Source: Malacoraja senta
Lineage: Eukaryota
Assembly (NCBI GenBank): GCA_038087875.1
Contig: CM075993.1
Coordinates: 10,170,001 to 10,234,000, forward strand
Length of the DNA: 64,000 nucleotides
Direction: 5' to 3'
Part shown: positions 42,239 to 56,702 of the stretch, in pieces
How the letters are laid out: every line of letters starts with the position of its first letter
Numbering within the stretch: the stretch's first letter is position 1
The notes under the pieces: model-generated
Told to the model about the DNA's origin: nothing
Databases searched by the model: none
The model's input: the letters and a program-made list of their open reading frames with translations, nothing else
Made by a program: the position numbers and the translations under genes

Positions 42239-42459
42239 TTGAGAATAATGTTCCACCTAACATAGGGTGGGCGATGGATGGATTGAATGTGACTTTGTTG
42301 ATTGAATGGACCTTCCAGATTGCAAAGATATGCTGAATAGTATAGACCAGTGGTGAACTGCTTGCATGTGTTGGATACAGACTTGAAATTTAAATAAGAC
42401 TTTAAACTTTCATTCTTTGTTTAGTGAATTTTTAAATGATCATTACACATAGATCATTA

Positions 42460-42858
42460 AGAGCCTGTCCCACTTGGCGATTATTTTCGGCGACTGCCGG
42501 CATCATTGATTGACGTATCAGGTCACCGAAAACGTCACGGCGTGATGACGTATTGACGAGCGGTGTTTCTTAGTTTAAAGTCTTATTTAAATTTCAAGTC
42601 TGTATCCAACACATTACGTATTGACGAAGGTACACAAAAATGCTGGAGAAACTCAGCGGGTGCAGCAGCATCTATGGAGCGAAGGAAATAGGCAACGTTT
42701 TGGGCCAAAACCCTTCTTCAGACGAGCGGTGTTTCCTCAAGTGTCGCAACATTTTTTTGTCGCTGGATTTTGAAATGTTCAAAATCTTTTGGCGACCCTG
42801 ATACGTCATTCAATGACGCCGGCAGTCGCCGAAAAAATCGGCAAGTGGGACAGGCCCT
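42460..42858. mobile_element. PIF/Harbinger-like MITE, family 2, interrupted by a Penelope-derived insert
   Basis: gcctgtcccacttggcgattattttcggcgactgccggc...gccggcagtcgccgaaaaaatcggcaagtgggacaggc. Partial copies at about 21640-21797 and 59045-59097. Confidence 0.72.
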
Positions 42859-43583
42859 TGGTACAGTTAGTGAAAAACATGTCCTCTCACTGTGGGTCAA
42901 CTAGGGCAGCACGGTGGCGCTTAAAAAAACGTTTCATCCGAGACAACATTAACCCCACTTACCATCAGAACGTGGACCGAAACATTGCAACCTACACCCC
43001 ACATTCACTGTTAAACAAGTCATGCAGGAAACTGGCAGCCTCGTGCCTGCGAATAACATGTTTCTCTTTCATCCTCAATTACTGCATCACCTTGATCTTA
43101 ATCTCTGACCTCTCACAGACAGGCAGTGCTAATAGTGGCTGCGATGTCAGACACTGGGCAGAGTGACCCAGGCCTTTGATCATTACTGTGGATTGACCTG
43201 GTTGCAGAACGAGATACAATCTCAGGCCATTCATACCAAGGGAGTCCTGTTGACTTGTGCCATTTAACATCTTTGTGCCCCTTTCTCAGTTCCCTCACCT
43301 CCCTCTGCCCCCCATCTCCCTCCCTGCCTGTCCACTCATGCTTCCTCACGGTGCCTGGTCCATCACGGAATCTGACCTCCCCACCATTGAAGGGATCTAC
43401 AGGAGTCACTGCCTCAAAAAGCAGCCGGCATCATCAGACACTCACACATCCCTGGCCACACTCTCATTTCTCTCCTGCCATCAGTAAGAAAGTACAGGCA
43501 CAGCAGCCTGAAAACTGCAACATCCAAGTTCAGGAGCAGCTTCTTCCCGACTACAATCTCCAAATAAGCTAAGAATTATATAG

Positions 43584-43973
43584 AGCAAAGATCCTATAGA
43601 TAGACCACTCCTGCTAAATGCAATGAGCTGACGTGTAGTACGCAACGGAACGGAACGCGGGCCTTTTTTTTCATCCATTTCAGTAACCCGACCCGACCCG
43701 ACTCGCAGTGTAATCAACGTTGCGGGGGAACAGTTTGTGTTAATAAATTAAAATTCTGAAAATGAGGAGAGGATTTTTCCCAAATAACTTTTATCTTTAC
43801 GAGGATGTTTCCGTAACCGGCTTCCGTCTCCGCACTAGTATCTATGGGATCTTTGGTGCGTAGACGGAAGCCGGTTACGGAAATGGGGTCGAAAATTACC
43901 CATGAATCTGCCCATGACCATACTACGTCTTTTTTGTCGAGTGGACTATCTTGCTCGCTATAGGATCTTTGCT
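43584..43973. mobile_element. Non-autonomous DNA element (MITE), superfamily unassigned
   Basis: TIRs agcaaagatcctatag / ctataggatctttgct. Strong internal hairpin ttccgtaaccggcttccgtct...agacggaagccggttacggaa. Confidence 0.7.
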
Positions 43974-46011
43974 ACAGACTTGAGGACATTATTTTTCACT
44001 TTGCATAACTATATTATCTATTTATTTGTCTTTTTTTAATATCTACTGCACTTTTATTTGTTTATTGTGGGATTTACAGAGTATTATGTCCACATATCTG
44101 TCATGCTGCTGCAAATAAGAATTTCATTGTTCTGATTCGGGACCTACGACAAAAAAAACACTTCACTCATAGCAGCGATTTCTCAGAACAGTTTAGTGGT
44201 TTAAAGAAAACATTTTCACACCCACTTTTGCGTCACTGCTCAACATACCAAAATAGGTAAAAAATCCCATCTCTTTGTTCTTTTTCGGAGATTTAAAACA
44301 TGTGTGAGTCACTGTGTTTCTACTGAGGACATCTCTGTCATTTCCTGTACCTTTTGAGGTTTGCAGTGCAATGGAAATGTTTCCACTACGTTTCCACTAG
44401 TGGGAGTGTCGAGGACTAGAGGTCACAGCCTCAGAATTAAAGGAGGAAAGTTCGTTAAGAAGGAGATGAGGAGGAAGTTCTTTAGTCAGAGGCCGGTGAA
44501 TCTGTGGAATACAGTGGATATTTTTTAATGTCTCTCTTTTCGTGTCCATCTTGTTACAAATGTTGGCCTCGCTGTCATCGTCCGTCCTGAAAAGGACGCA
44601 AGCTTCCGGCGACAATCAGTGGAAGCCATCACTTGTCGCAATAGATGATGGTGGCAGCAGAATTAGCTCAGGATACTTCCAGTTTCCAGCCCCGCGATGT
44701 GGACGCTTCTGCTATGGGGCCATTTTTAATGTAGTGATAGCTAGATTCTTGATTAGTCCGGGGTGTCAGGGGTTACGGCGAGAAGGCAGGAGAATGGGGT
44801 TAGGAGAGAGACATAGATCAGCCATGATTGTACGGCAGAGTAGACTTGATGGGCCGAATGGCGTAATTCTGCTCCTATCACTTATGATCTTATGAAATAG
44901 TTTAGAATTGTCGTTATTCTTGCTGTGCTGGATAAAGGAGGAGGTAAATATTTTCTGATCTCTGCCAACACCTCTGGCAACGAGTTAAATGACGGCAGTA
45001 ATAGGAACAGTATGTTGTTTTGCAATGGACTTTACGCAGGCAACACTGTGCAGTTTGACCCAGCACTACAGCAAAATAATAAAATAACGAGACCAGCAAC
45101 ATGTTACAGGAATTCATAGGTCAAAATGTAGAAGAAATGAAGTGCAGATGCAGGCTTACACCTCGATCCTGACTACGGGTGCTGTCTGTATGGAGTTTGT
45201 ACGTTCTCCTCGTGGTCACATGGGTTTTCTCCGGGTCCTCCTACACTCCAAAGAGCTACAGCTTTGTAGGTTAATTGGCTTGGGGTGGGTGTAAATTGTC
45301 CCTAGTGTGTGTAGGATAGTGCTAGTGTGCGGGGATCGCTGGTCGGCACGACTTGGTGGGCCGAGTTTCTGTGCTGTATCTCTAAACTAAGCTCAGCGGG
45401 CAAGGCAGCGTCTCTGGAGAACGTGGTTAGGTGACGTTTCGGATCAGGACCATTCTTCAGACTGATCGTAGGGGGGAGGTGGAGGGGAAGAAAGGTGGCA
45501 AAGGGGAGAGGCAGGACCTGCGTGGCAGGTAATCGGTGGAGGCAGGTAATCATTTAAGACTGAGGTGAGAAAAAACGTTTTCACCCAGAGAGTTGTGAAT
45601 TTATGGAATTCCCTGCCACAGAGGGCAGTGGAGGCCAAGTCACTGGATGGATTTAAGAGAGAGTTAGATAGAGCTCTAGGGGCTAGTGGAGTCAAGGGAT
45701 ATGGGGAGAAGGCAGGCACGGGTTATTGATTGGGGACGATCAGCCATGATCACAATGAATGGCGGTGCTGGCTCGAAGGGCCGAATGGCCTCCTCCTGCT
45801 CCTATTTTCTATGTTTCTATGACACGGCCCAGGGAGGCTTTTGATGGGCGGATGGTTGGAGCAAAGGCCAGAGGTAAGAGCAGAGGGGAAGAGACAGGTT
45901 TGAAGAGTTGTGGGCAACGATGGACATAAAGCACGGGAGTAACTCAGCAGGTCCGGCAGCATCTCTGGAGAACATGGATAGGTGACGTTTCAGGTCAGGA
46001 CTCCACAATAA

Positions 46012-46295
46012 TAGGCCTGTCCCACGAAGCGAGTTCACCCAAGAGCTCTCCCGAGTTTAAAAAAAAATCTAACTCGTGGTAAGTACGTAGCGGGTACGTC
46101 GGAGCTCGTGGATGTCTCGTAGCGGCTCGTAATGCTAACGGCAGGTACTCGGGAAACGCGGAAACTCGTGAAGTTTTTTCAACAGAGTGAAAATTTTCCT
46201 AGAGTAAAAAAATACCCGTGATGAGGTTCCACGAGTTTGATTTTTTTAAAACTCGGGAGAGCTCTTGGGTGAACTCGCATCGTGGGGCAGGTCCT
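46012..46295. mobile_element. PIF/Harbinger-like MITE, family 1 variant
   Basis: ggcctgtcccacgaagcgagttcacccaagagctctccc...gggagagctcttgggtgaactcgcatcgtggggcagg. Confidence 0.72.
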
Positions 46296-47502
46296 TTAAG
46301 TCTCAACCCGAAACATCACCTATCCATGTTGTCCAGCGTTGCTGCCTGACCCACTGAGTCACTTGTGTCCTTTTAGCACAGGGATCAGTGTGGCTTTTGA
46401 TTGGGAAGGCTTGTCATTTGTTAACCTGGCCCTTGTCCACCCATTACCTGCCACGCAGGTCCCGTCTCTCCCCTTTCCAGCTTTCTTGAGTGGCGTTAAA
46501 GATTCGTATCTCTGCAGATGTACTTTGACTGTAACTAATCACAGCATTATTTACCTTGCTGTTGCCATTGTGAATCACGTCAGCCTACAGTGACAGGCCC
46601 GTGATACCACTGACACGGGACGCCCGTACATACTAATACACAGTGGGTATCGATCAATAACAGGAGGGAGTGGTTATAAAATATTACAATCCGTCAATAA
46701 ACTGCTGAAGAATGTTGAATTCCTAGATAACAATATTATACCAGTGCTGAAAGAAATACCGAGGTACTGTACAAAAATGTCTAGGAATGAAGTGCAGATG
46801 CTGGTTTAAACCGAAGATAGACACAAAAAGCTGGAGTAACTCAGCGGGACAGGCAGCATCTCGGGAGAGAAGGAATGGGTGACGTTTCGGGTCATTTGGG
46901 TCTTCTTCTTTTGTGTGGCGTGCACAGCCTAAAGTTGTAGGACAACTTGTTCTATTTGATCTTCTGTTTGTGCACGTCGAGTCAGCAGTGGTGTGGAGCT
47001 GCATAGAGCGATGGCCAATTGGACAGTGAGGATTGGGGATGATCAGCCATGATCACTTTAAATGGCGGTGCTGGCTCGAAGGGCCAAATGGCCTACTCCT
47101 GCACCTATTGTCTATTGTCTATTGATTATGGAGGCTGAAGGTTGGGAGCCCAACAGGGGGAGCCCCCACAAACACACGGCAGGAGAGAGGCTGAAACTTT
47201 TGTGGTTAAAAAAGGAAATGATGAATGAAGTTTAACTTAATACAGTAAACAGGATGTGGTGCTTCCTTCCAATTTTGTTCAACAACTGATGGGGTGTGGG
47301 GAGGGGGGCGTGACCAGAGGGAAGCTGACGAGCTGTCCCTCGAGCTTACTGCAGTGAGATCATAGGACGTAGGAACAGAATCAGGCTATTCGGCCCATCG
47401 AGTCTGCTCTTACATTCGATGATGGCTGATCTATTTCCTCCTCTCAATTCTTCTGCCATTTCCCTGTAACTTTTTTGACCCTTATTAATCAAGAACCTGT
47501 CC

Positions 47503-48045
47503 TTTGGAATATTGTGAGCAGTTTTGGGCACCATATCTGTGGAAGGATACACTGACTCTGGAGAGGGTCCAGAGGAGGTTTGCAAGAATGATCCCAGGAA
47601 TGAGTGGATTAACCTATGATGAATGTTTGTCAGCACTGGGTCTGTACTCGCTGGAGTTTGGAAGAATGAGGGGGGGCCTCATTGAAACGGACAGAATCGT
47701 GAAAGGCTTGGATAGAGTGGATGTGGAGAGGATGTTTCCACTAGTGGGAGAGTCTAGGACTGGAGGTCATAGCCTCAGAATTAAAGGATGTTCTTTTTAA
47801 GGAGATGAGGAGGAATTTATGTAGTGAGGGTAGTGAATCTGTGGAATTAATTGCCACAGAAGGCTGTGGAGGCCGTCAATGGGTATTTTCAAGGCAGAGA
47901 TAGATACATTCTTGATTAGTACGGGTGTCAGAGGTTATGGGGAGAAGGGGGTTAGGAGGGAAAGATGGATCAGCCATGATTGAATGACGGAGTGGACATG
48001 ATGGGCCGAATGGCCTAATTCTGCTTCTATCACTTATGATCTTAT
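47503..48045 (+). mobile_element. CR1 LINE 3' fragment
   Basis: EYCEQFWAPYLWKDTLTLERVQRRFARMIPGM. Further CR1 pieces at about 7275-7680, 21940-22285 (-), 37380-37710 (-), 45545-45820, 51350-51700 and 60675-61020. Confidence 0.82.
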
Positions 48046-49102
48046 GAACCAAGCAATCTCAGCTTTAACAGAGTGCTTCACATTAACGGGTGAAATCAAG
48101 TTCAAGTTCAAGTTCACGTTTATTGCCACATGCACCAATAAGGTGCAGTGGAACTTGACATACCAAGCAGCCTCACAATCAAAAGAGCACAATGCACAAT
48201 AGAATACAACATGAACATCCACCACAGTGGAATCAACATTCTTCACTGTGGTGGAAGGCAACAACTTTGTCAGTCCTCCTCCTTTGTTCACCGTGGTCGG
48301 GGCCATGAACCCTCCGTAGTTGCCGCTACAGATGGCCCGATGTACAGGCCCTCTAGTCGGGATGCTCAAAACTCCGACGTCAGGATGGACCGACAGACAC
48401 TTGGCAGTCCCGAATCGGCCGCTTCCTACCGGAGACCGCGGTATCAGGATGTTATAGGCCGCAGGCCGGCGGTAGGAGCTCTTCTCCAGCGACCCCCGGC
48501 AAGGGATCGCCCGGCTCTGCTGCTGAAGCTCTGGGCCCGCCAATCCAAGCTGTTAGGCCGCGAGGGAGGGCGAAATGCAACTAGGAGAAAAGTTGCATTC
48601 CCCCGAGGTAATTGAAAAACAGTTTCCCCCAATTCCTGCCCCACCCCCCCCCCCCCCCCACACTTAAACACACTTTTAGACATACTAAAAAAAAAAAAAA
48701 AGTGTAAGGACGAGCAGCTGCTGGCGAGGCTGCCGGCTCACGGCACCACCCGTCTGGTGGTGGATATAGGAAGTGTTACCACATCAACTGTGTATGGGGG
48801 GGAACGGGGTGATGCGGGTCTGCTTGGTATTACCGTGCAAGCAATGAGAAATAGCACGGTGGCGCAGCGATAGAGTTGCTGCCATACAGCGCCGGAGACC
48901 CGGGTTTGATCCTGACTATGGGTGCTGTCTGTGTGGAGTTTGTACATTCTCCCCGTGACCGCGTGGGTTTTCTCAGGGTGCTCCAGTTTCCTGTCCTGCT
49001 GCGTAACCACATCATTCTTCTAAACCCCATCGAGCACAGGCCCAGTGCCGTCAAACGCTCATCATATGTTAACCCACTCAAGCCTTGGATCATTCTCGTA
49101 AA

Positions 49103-49240
49103 GAAGAATGTCTCGTCTGAAGAAGGGTTTCGGCCCGAAACGTTGCCTATTTTCTTCGCTCCATAGATGCTGCCGCACCCGCTGAGTTCCTCCAGCAATT
49201 TTGTCTACCTTCGATTCTCCAGCATCTGCAGTTCCTTCTT
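49103..49240 (+). mobile_element. Penelope-derived short element (subfamily B) inserted in a CR1, 15 bp TSD
   Basis: gatcattctcgtaaa at 49088-49102 and 49241-49255. Confidence 0.8.
49117..49144 (+). ncRNA. Minimal hammerhead ribozyme core, UUCG-loop variant, sense to the DAPK2 pre-mRNA
   Basis: CTGAAGA-A-GGGT(TTCG)GCCC-GAAA-CG-TT. Confidence 0.6.
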
Positions 49241-52200
49241 GATCATTCTCGTAAACCTCCAACACCAGCACATCCTTCCTCAGATATTGTGCTCAAAGCT
49301 GCTCACCGCAATGCTCCAAATGCAGTCTGACCAGTGCCTTATAAAGCCTCAACATTACTTCTCTTTTTAAAAATATATTCTAGCCCTCTCGAAATAAATG
49401 CTGGCATTGCATTTGCCTTCTTTACTACCGATTCGACCTGCAAATGTGCTTTTTGGGAAACCTGCAGCAGAATTCGCAAAGCCCTTTGCACCTGGGATTT
49501 GTGAACGGTGGGATGCATTGCTGCACCACTGTTGTCTAGCGAGCTGTGACAGTGGCGGGCGGTTGCTGCTGTACGTGGGGTTGTGAGACAGAGAAGGCAT
49601 TGTGGACTGTGGAGGTGAGTATAGACAGAGCCATTCACAATCTGACCATTCTCCTCAGAATCCCAACAATAATCACAGCCTCCGAACACCATGCCTGCTG
49701 TGTTGATGCAGATCTCATTTGATATGCATGTTAATGTCTTGCCTGTAACTGGGGTCTGATTGGATTATCACTGCCTTCTCATCCGGAAGATAAATGAGAC
49801 TAAAAGACGTGCCGGACATTTAAAACCAACTCTCGGTTTTGCCCTAATTATTTTCAAATGGGGATGAACAGTGATGTATTGTAGAGCAAAGGCCTTTCAC
49901 TATTCGGTAAGTCTTAATAAGTTTCCCCCCTCAACCCTTTAAACTCCAGCGAGTACAGTGTCAAAGGCCCTCGGGGTGGGAATCACAGTCATAGAATGAT
50001 ACAGCGCAGAAACAGGCTCTTCGGCCCAACTAGTCCATGCTGACCATCATGTCCACCCCAGCTAGTCTCATTTGCCCTTGTTTGGTCCATATTCCTCCTG
50101 AACCTTTCCATTCCACTCAGCTGTCAACAAAGAGCCAACAATGGACCATTTGTGGGCTCCACCTTTCCTTGGCCATCGGTGCCGGCTCCGACGTGTTCAT
50201 ACCTCTAGTTTCCCTCTCCCCTGACCCTCAATCTCAAGAGGGGTCTCGACCCGAATCATCATCTATTCTGTTTCTCCGGAGATGTTGCCTGACCCACTGA
50301 GTTACTCCAGCATTTGTGTCTACCTTAGCTGTCTTTCAAATATCGTTGCGGTACCTTCCCCTGGCAGCGTGTTCCACATACCCACCATCCTCTGTGTGAA
50401 TAGGCTTCCATCAGGTCTCTGTTAAATCTTTCCACGTTCAACATAGACCTCTAGTTTTAGACCCTTCCCCATACTGGGGAAAAAACTTCACCTCAAAGAG
50501 GAAGAAGATTGGTCTTTTGTTGCCTTCCATCACAGTGAGGAGTGTGGGGAATCCACCGTGGTGGATGGTTAACTTTTCAGTGTCTTGTTGCTTTTTTTCG
50601 TATGGCTGTATGGTAATTCGTATATTACTGTACCTAAAGGTACATGTGACAATAAAAGACCTTTGAAACCATTGAAGGTAGACAAAAGTGCTGGAGAAAC
50701 TCAGCGGGTGCGGCAGCATCTATTGAGCGAAGGAAATAGGCAACGTTTCGGGCCGAAACCCTTCTTTGAAACCTTTGATCTTTGTCCCTCGTGATTTAAT
50801 AAACCTCCATAAGGTCACTTGTCAGCCTCCTTCGCTCCATGCGGCAACAGACTGGTGGGATCTCAGAGACATGACAAGATCCAGAGAGCACGAGATGTAC
50901 TGGGATCAGACGGTGAGATATTAAAGGTGGGTAGAGTGAAGGGTGAATGGTCAGATTGTAACTAAACTAAGGAAGCCTCGACCAGGGGAAGTGAGGATTC
51001 AGTGTGTTGGAGAGGGTTTAAAACATTCTTGGAGAACATTCCCGTTATCTGCTGTGAGCCCCTTTAGAGTAAGGATTGAGGCTAAAGGCCGATTGTAGAA
51101 TGACCACACAAGGACCTGACCCACAAGGAAGCAGTGTGGGATAGAACTCCAGATGCTGATTTAAATCGAAGGAAGACACAAAATGCTGGAGTAATTCAGC
51201 GGAACAGGCAGCACCTCTGGAGAGAAGGAATGGGTGATGACATGGGAAACTCCTCCAGTGATGTGGCCTGTCCCGCTGAATTACTCCAGCAGAGTGCCTA
51301 TCCACAAGGAACCAGTCCTGGTCCGGCGCTGATGGACTGCAAGGCAAGATGCTAGATGCAGGAAAAATGTTCCCAATGTTGGGCGAGTCCAGAACCAGGG
51401 GCCACAGTCTTAGAATAAAGGGGAGGTCATTTAAGACTGAGGTGAGAAAAACCTTTTTCACCCAGAGAGTTGTGAATTTGTGGAATTCCCTGCCACAAGG
51501 GCAGAGGGCAGTGGAGGCCAAGTCACTGGATGGATTTAAGAGAGAGTTAGATAGAGCTCTAGGGGCTAGTGGAGTCGAGGGATATGGGGAGAAGGCAGGC
51601 ACGGGTTAGATAGGGGACGATCAGCCATGATCACAATGAATGGCGGTGCTGGCTCGAAGGGCCGAATGGCCTCCTCCTGCACCTATTTTCTATGTTTCTA
51701 TGTGCAATGCAGGAGCTGGGGGGGAGGTTGAGGTTGAATAAGAGGAGGCCAACCTCTCGGCCCTGGCCTCCTGCCAACTATGAGTGTACCTCCCTATATC
51801 CCATCACCCATAGTTTAGAGATACAGCATGGAAACAGGCCCTTCGGCCCACTGAGTCCGCACCGAGCACACAAACACCAGTCCTGCATACTACGGACAAT
51901 GTACATTTATACCAAGCCAATTAACCTACAAACTTGCAGGTCTTTGGAGTGGGGAAGGAAACCGGAGCACCCGGAGAAAACCCACGCGGTCACAAGGAGA
52001 ACATACAAACTCCATGCAGACTGCACCCGTAGTCAGGATCGAACCCGGTTCTCCGGCGCTGGAAGGCAGCAACTCTACTGTTGCCCCACCGTGCACTCCA
52101 TCCGATACCCTGCACTCTGGACCTACACTAGCGATAAATATCCCTGAGTGTCTATTTACCTATTGTGCAAATATCAATCTCCTGAAACTGAAACTAGCTC

Positions 52201-52739
52201 TACAAGATTGTGACCAAGTTATTTGAGCATTTTGAGTGTGTTTTATTTCCTAAAAGAATCTTTGGTATTTCTGATTGATTCCTTTTAATAACCCTAGACT
52301 AGAGAATTGTAAATTCAAAACACACCACCCAAAGTGGTAATATTTACCTTACTAAATTCAATCACGTTTGGGAAGTCAATCAAGTGTAATTGAAACCACC
52401 TTTTATGGGGCCATAGGCATTTATATATCTGATTGCTGCGCGGAAACAGGCCCTTCGGCCTACCGAGCCCGCACCAGCCTGCGATCCCCGCACACTCACA
52501 CTATCCTACACAATTTTGACATTTATACCATGCCAATTATCCTACAAACTTTGGAGGGAACTGAAGTTCTCGGAAAAAATGTCACGAGGAGAACGTACAA
52601 ACTCCGTACAGACAGCACCTGTAGTCGGGATCGAACCCGGGTCTCTGGCGCTGTGAGGCAGCAACTCTACCGCTGCCCTGTGGATCTCAGATGATCACAA
52701 CGAGACGAGGAGATTCGGGACGTTTATAACTGATTTCAT

Positions 52740-55000
52740 TTTACAAGGCATTTACCACCGTAGCCGGGGACTTCGACAAAGCCAACCTGAAGAAATCGCT
52801 CCCTAACTTCCACCAACATGTCTCCTGCAGCACCAGAGGATCAAACACCCTTGACCACTGCTACACGACCATCAAAGACGCCTATCGCTCTATCCCTCAC
52901 CTTCACTTCGGTAAATCCGACCATTCAGCCGTGCTGCTTCTTCCTGCCTACAGGCAGCAACTGAAGAAAGCACCCCCAGAGGTGAGGACTGTACAGAGCT
53001 GGTCGGCGGGGGGGGGGGGGGGGGGGGGCAGCAGAGGAAGAACTCCAGGACTGTTTGGAGTCTGTAGACTGTGCAATGTTCAGGGAGGACTGTGTTCCTA
53101 CAAAAACCTTCCAAGTGTTTCCTAACCAGAAGCCTTGGATGAACCATGAGATCCGCATTCTTCTGAAGGCAAGATCCCAGGCATTCAGGTCTGGCGATGC
53201 AGAGGTCTATAAGAAGTCCAGATACGACTTTGGTAAGGCCATCACAAAGGCCGAAAAGGGACTTCTGCTCTAAGCTGGAGGATGTTCAGCAACTGTGGCA
53301 GGGCGTGAATGCCATCACCCCCTACAAGGCAAAATCAGGAGGCGTCTCAAACGACAGCGAAGCATCACTCCCGGTCGAGCTCAATGCGTTCTACGCAAGG
53401 TTCAATAGGGAGAACACTGATGTGCCTTCCTGAGCCCCTATTCGCCCTGATGGTGTTACAGTCATAGTCACAGAGGCCGACGTCAGAAGATCCTTCAGGG
53501 GGGTGAACCCTCGGAAAGCGCCTGGACCTGATGGTATACCCGGTCGTGTTCTAAAAACCTGTGCGGACCAAATGGCTGGAGTTTTTACGGACATTTTCAA
53601 TCTCTCACTTCTGAGGTTCCCACCTGCTTTAAGGGGGCATCCATAATACCGCAAGATAAGTAAGGTGACGTGCCTCAACGACTATCGACCAGTGGCACTA
53701 ACGTCTGTGGTGATGAAGTGCTTTGAGAGGTTGGTTATGGTGCACATCAACTCCTACCTCGACAAGAACCTCGACCTACTACAGTTCGCTTACCGCCACA
53801 ACAGGTCAACGGTAGATGCAATTTCACTGGCTCTCCACTCCGCACTGGACCACATGGACAATACAAAACCTACGTCAGGCTCGGCATTTAATACCATCAT
53901 CCCTTCCAAGCTGGTTACCAAGCTCACGGAACTGGGTCTCTGCGCATCCCTCTGCAATTGGATCCTCGACTTCCTCATCCACAGACCACAGTCTGTTCGA
54001 ATTGGAGGAACCACTTCATCCTCAGTAACAATTAGTACGGGAGCACCTCAAGGCTGCGTGCTCAGCCCCCTGCTGTACTCACTCTATACCCATGACTGCG
54101 TAGCCGGTCACAGTGCGAACTCCATCATCAAGTTCGCCGACGACACCACTGTGGTTGGACGAATCACAGATGGGGACGAGTCAGAGTATAGAAGTGAGAT
54201 CGACCGACTGACCAAATGGTGCCAGCACAACAACCTGGCTCTCAACATCAGTAAGACCAAGGAACCGATTGTGGACTTTAGTAGGGGAAGGATGAGGACC
54301 CACAATCCTGTTTATATCAACGGGACGATGGTGGAGAGGGTCAATAACTTCAAATTCCTGGGTGTGCATATATCAGAAGACCTTTCCTGGACCCATGCAA
54401 TTGTAAAGAAGGCACATCAGCGACTCTACTTCCTGAGAAGATTACGGAGATTCGGCATGTCGAAGAGGATACTCCTAAACTTCTGCAGGTGCACGTAGAG
54501 AACATTCTGACCAGTTGCATCGTGGCCTGGTTGGGCAACTTGAACGTCCAGGAGCGAAAGAGACTACAAAAAGTTGTGACCACTGCCCAGTCCATCACCG
54601 GCTTTGACCTCCCCACCGTCGAAGGGATCTATCGTAGTGGCTGCCTCAAAAAGGCAGCCAAAATCATCAAGGACCCACACCATCCTGGCCACACACTTAT
54701 CTCACCATTGCCATCAGGAAGAAGGTACAGGAGCCTGAAGACTGTAACGTCCAGGTTCAGGAACAGCTCCTTCCCCACAGCCATCAGGCTATTAAACACA
54801 ATGAATAAGCTCTGAGCTCTGAACTGCAAAAGACTATATTATTATTATTTGTTATTTGCACTACATTTGGTATTTATTGAACTTTTTCTTTCCCCCCCGT
54901 TATATACAATGTTTACATATTCACATATTCTGTTGTGCTGCAGCAAGTAACAATTTCATTGTCCCGTCCGGGACATATGCCAATAAAACACTTGACTCTT
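52740..55000 (+). mobile_element. Rex1/Babar-type LINE, 5'-truncated and degraded (end of endonuclease, reverse transcriptase, 3' UTR)
   Basis: Motifs [56 protein letters not shown] and HPGHTLISPLPSGRRYRS. Several frameshifts. 3' tail aataaaacacttgactctt. Confidence 0.92.
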
Positions 55001-55149
55001 GATTACAATCAAGCCATTTACAGTGCAGTGATACATGATAAGGGAATAACGTTTAGTCCAAGGTAAAGCAAAGTCTGATCAAAAATAGTCTAATGGTCCC
55101 CAACGAGGTAGATAGTAGTTCAGGACCGCTCTCTGGATGCGGAAGGCTG

Positions 55150-55610
55150 GTTCAGTTGCCTGATAACAGTTGGGAAGAAACTGTCCCTGAATTTGAACAT
55201 GTGTGTTTTCTCACTTCTGTACCTCTTGCCTGATGGGAGAGGGGAGAAGAGGGAAGTGGCCTGGGTGTGATTCGTCCTTGATTATGGTGCTGGCCTTGCC
55301 GAGGCAGCGTGAGGTGTAGATGGAGTCGATGGAAGGGTGGTTGGTTTGTGTGATGGTCTGGGCTACGTCCACAATATGCACTGCAATTTCTTGCGGTCTT
55401 GGATGTAGCTGTTCCCAAACCAATCTGTGATGTATCCTAATAAAATACTTTCTACAGCGCACCTGTAGAAGTTGGTGGGAGTTGTAGGGGACATGCCGAA
55501 CTTCATGAACCTAAGGAAGTCGAGGCGTTGGTATGCTTTCTTGGTCGTTGCTTCAATATGGGTTGTCCAGGAGATGTTGTTGGTGAGATTGACTCCAAGG
55601 AATTTGAAGT
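55150..55610 (-). mobile_element. Rex1/Babar LINE 3' fragment
   Basis: Minus-strand ORF pieces NFKFLGVNLTNNISWTTH...KKAYQRL and SIYTSRCLGKASTIIKD, homologous to the 52.7-55 kb element. Confidence 0.85.
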
Positions 55611-56702
55611 TTACAATCGAGCCATTTACAATGTAGAGACACATGATATGGGAATAACTTTAGTCCAAGGTAAAGGCAGCAAAGTCCGATCACAGATAGT
55701 CTGAGGATCACCAATGAGGTAGATAGTAGTTCAGCACTGCTCTCTGGTTGTGGTAGTTGAAGAGAATCATAGTTAAAATATGAAATGTTGCCAGAGGAAT
55801 ATGAATTTGTGAGTGTGGAACGATTGTAATATGTGATTGTAGATAGATTGTGATTGAAAGGGGCAGCGTGTAGGGGTGGCCTGTAGTCTGGTGGCTCAGT
55901 GATGGGTTGCAGACCTGGGGCCTGTTTATGGGGCGATTGGGTTTACCTCCTTATCGCCCTTGGCTTTTGGCCATATTCATAATCAAATGTATATTCTGCT
56001 TTAGAAAAGCGGTAAGAGAATGAGAAAGTTGAGAGAAAAATGAATCACTTGTTTCTTTTCCTGCCAAGTGTGTTAGTACAAGCCTTGTGTTCCCATAGTC
56101 TCAGAGTGCTAGTTGCTTTGACATTAAACACAGCTGACAAAGGAGGAATGACAATACACAATGCAGCCTTGTGCTTGCGTTACAGCCCAGTAAACACTGG
56201 TCGTCATCTTGAGAAAGATCTCTTGTCTAAAACCTCTTTGGCATTGAGTCGTTAGTCGTGTTGATTGTTGCAACCCCCTTCTGCGCTGTCATTAAATCTG
56301 TTATTCTTGCACGACAAAGCGAGCTAGTGGCTCACTATTGTCACCATCTCCTGCTCCAGGGTAACACGCTAACAAAACAGAGCTGGGTGTTTCTACACAG
56401 GCAATCCTCTCCCTTTGTGAGGAAAGGTCACTCCATCTGCCGGCAAATAATGAAGCCATCTTACTGAAGCTCTTTCCAACTAGTTTCGCAACAAACTATC
56501 TATGACCAACGTCAGTAAAACTATAATTAAGACATTTTTCATTGCTATAGTTTTTTTGTTTAGTTCTTGCTAAAATATGTCATGATGTTGCATTTTCCAA
56601 AAGGTTTCATCAATATAAGAACACAGAGCATTGACTGTAAAATTCTAATGCAGGACATCAACCTGAAGCATTAACTTTCTTCAACACAGAATGCTGGTGT
56701 TA

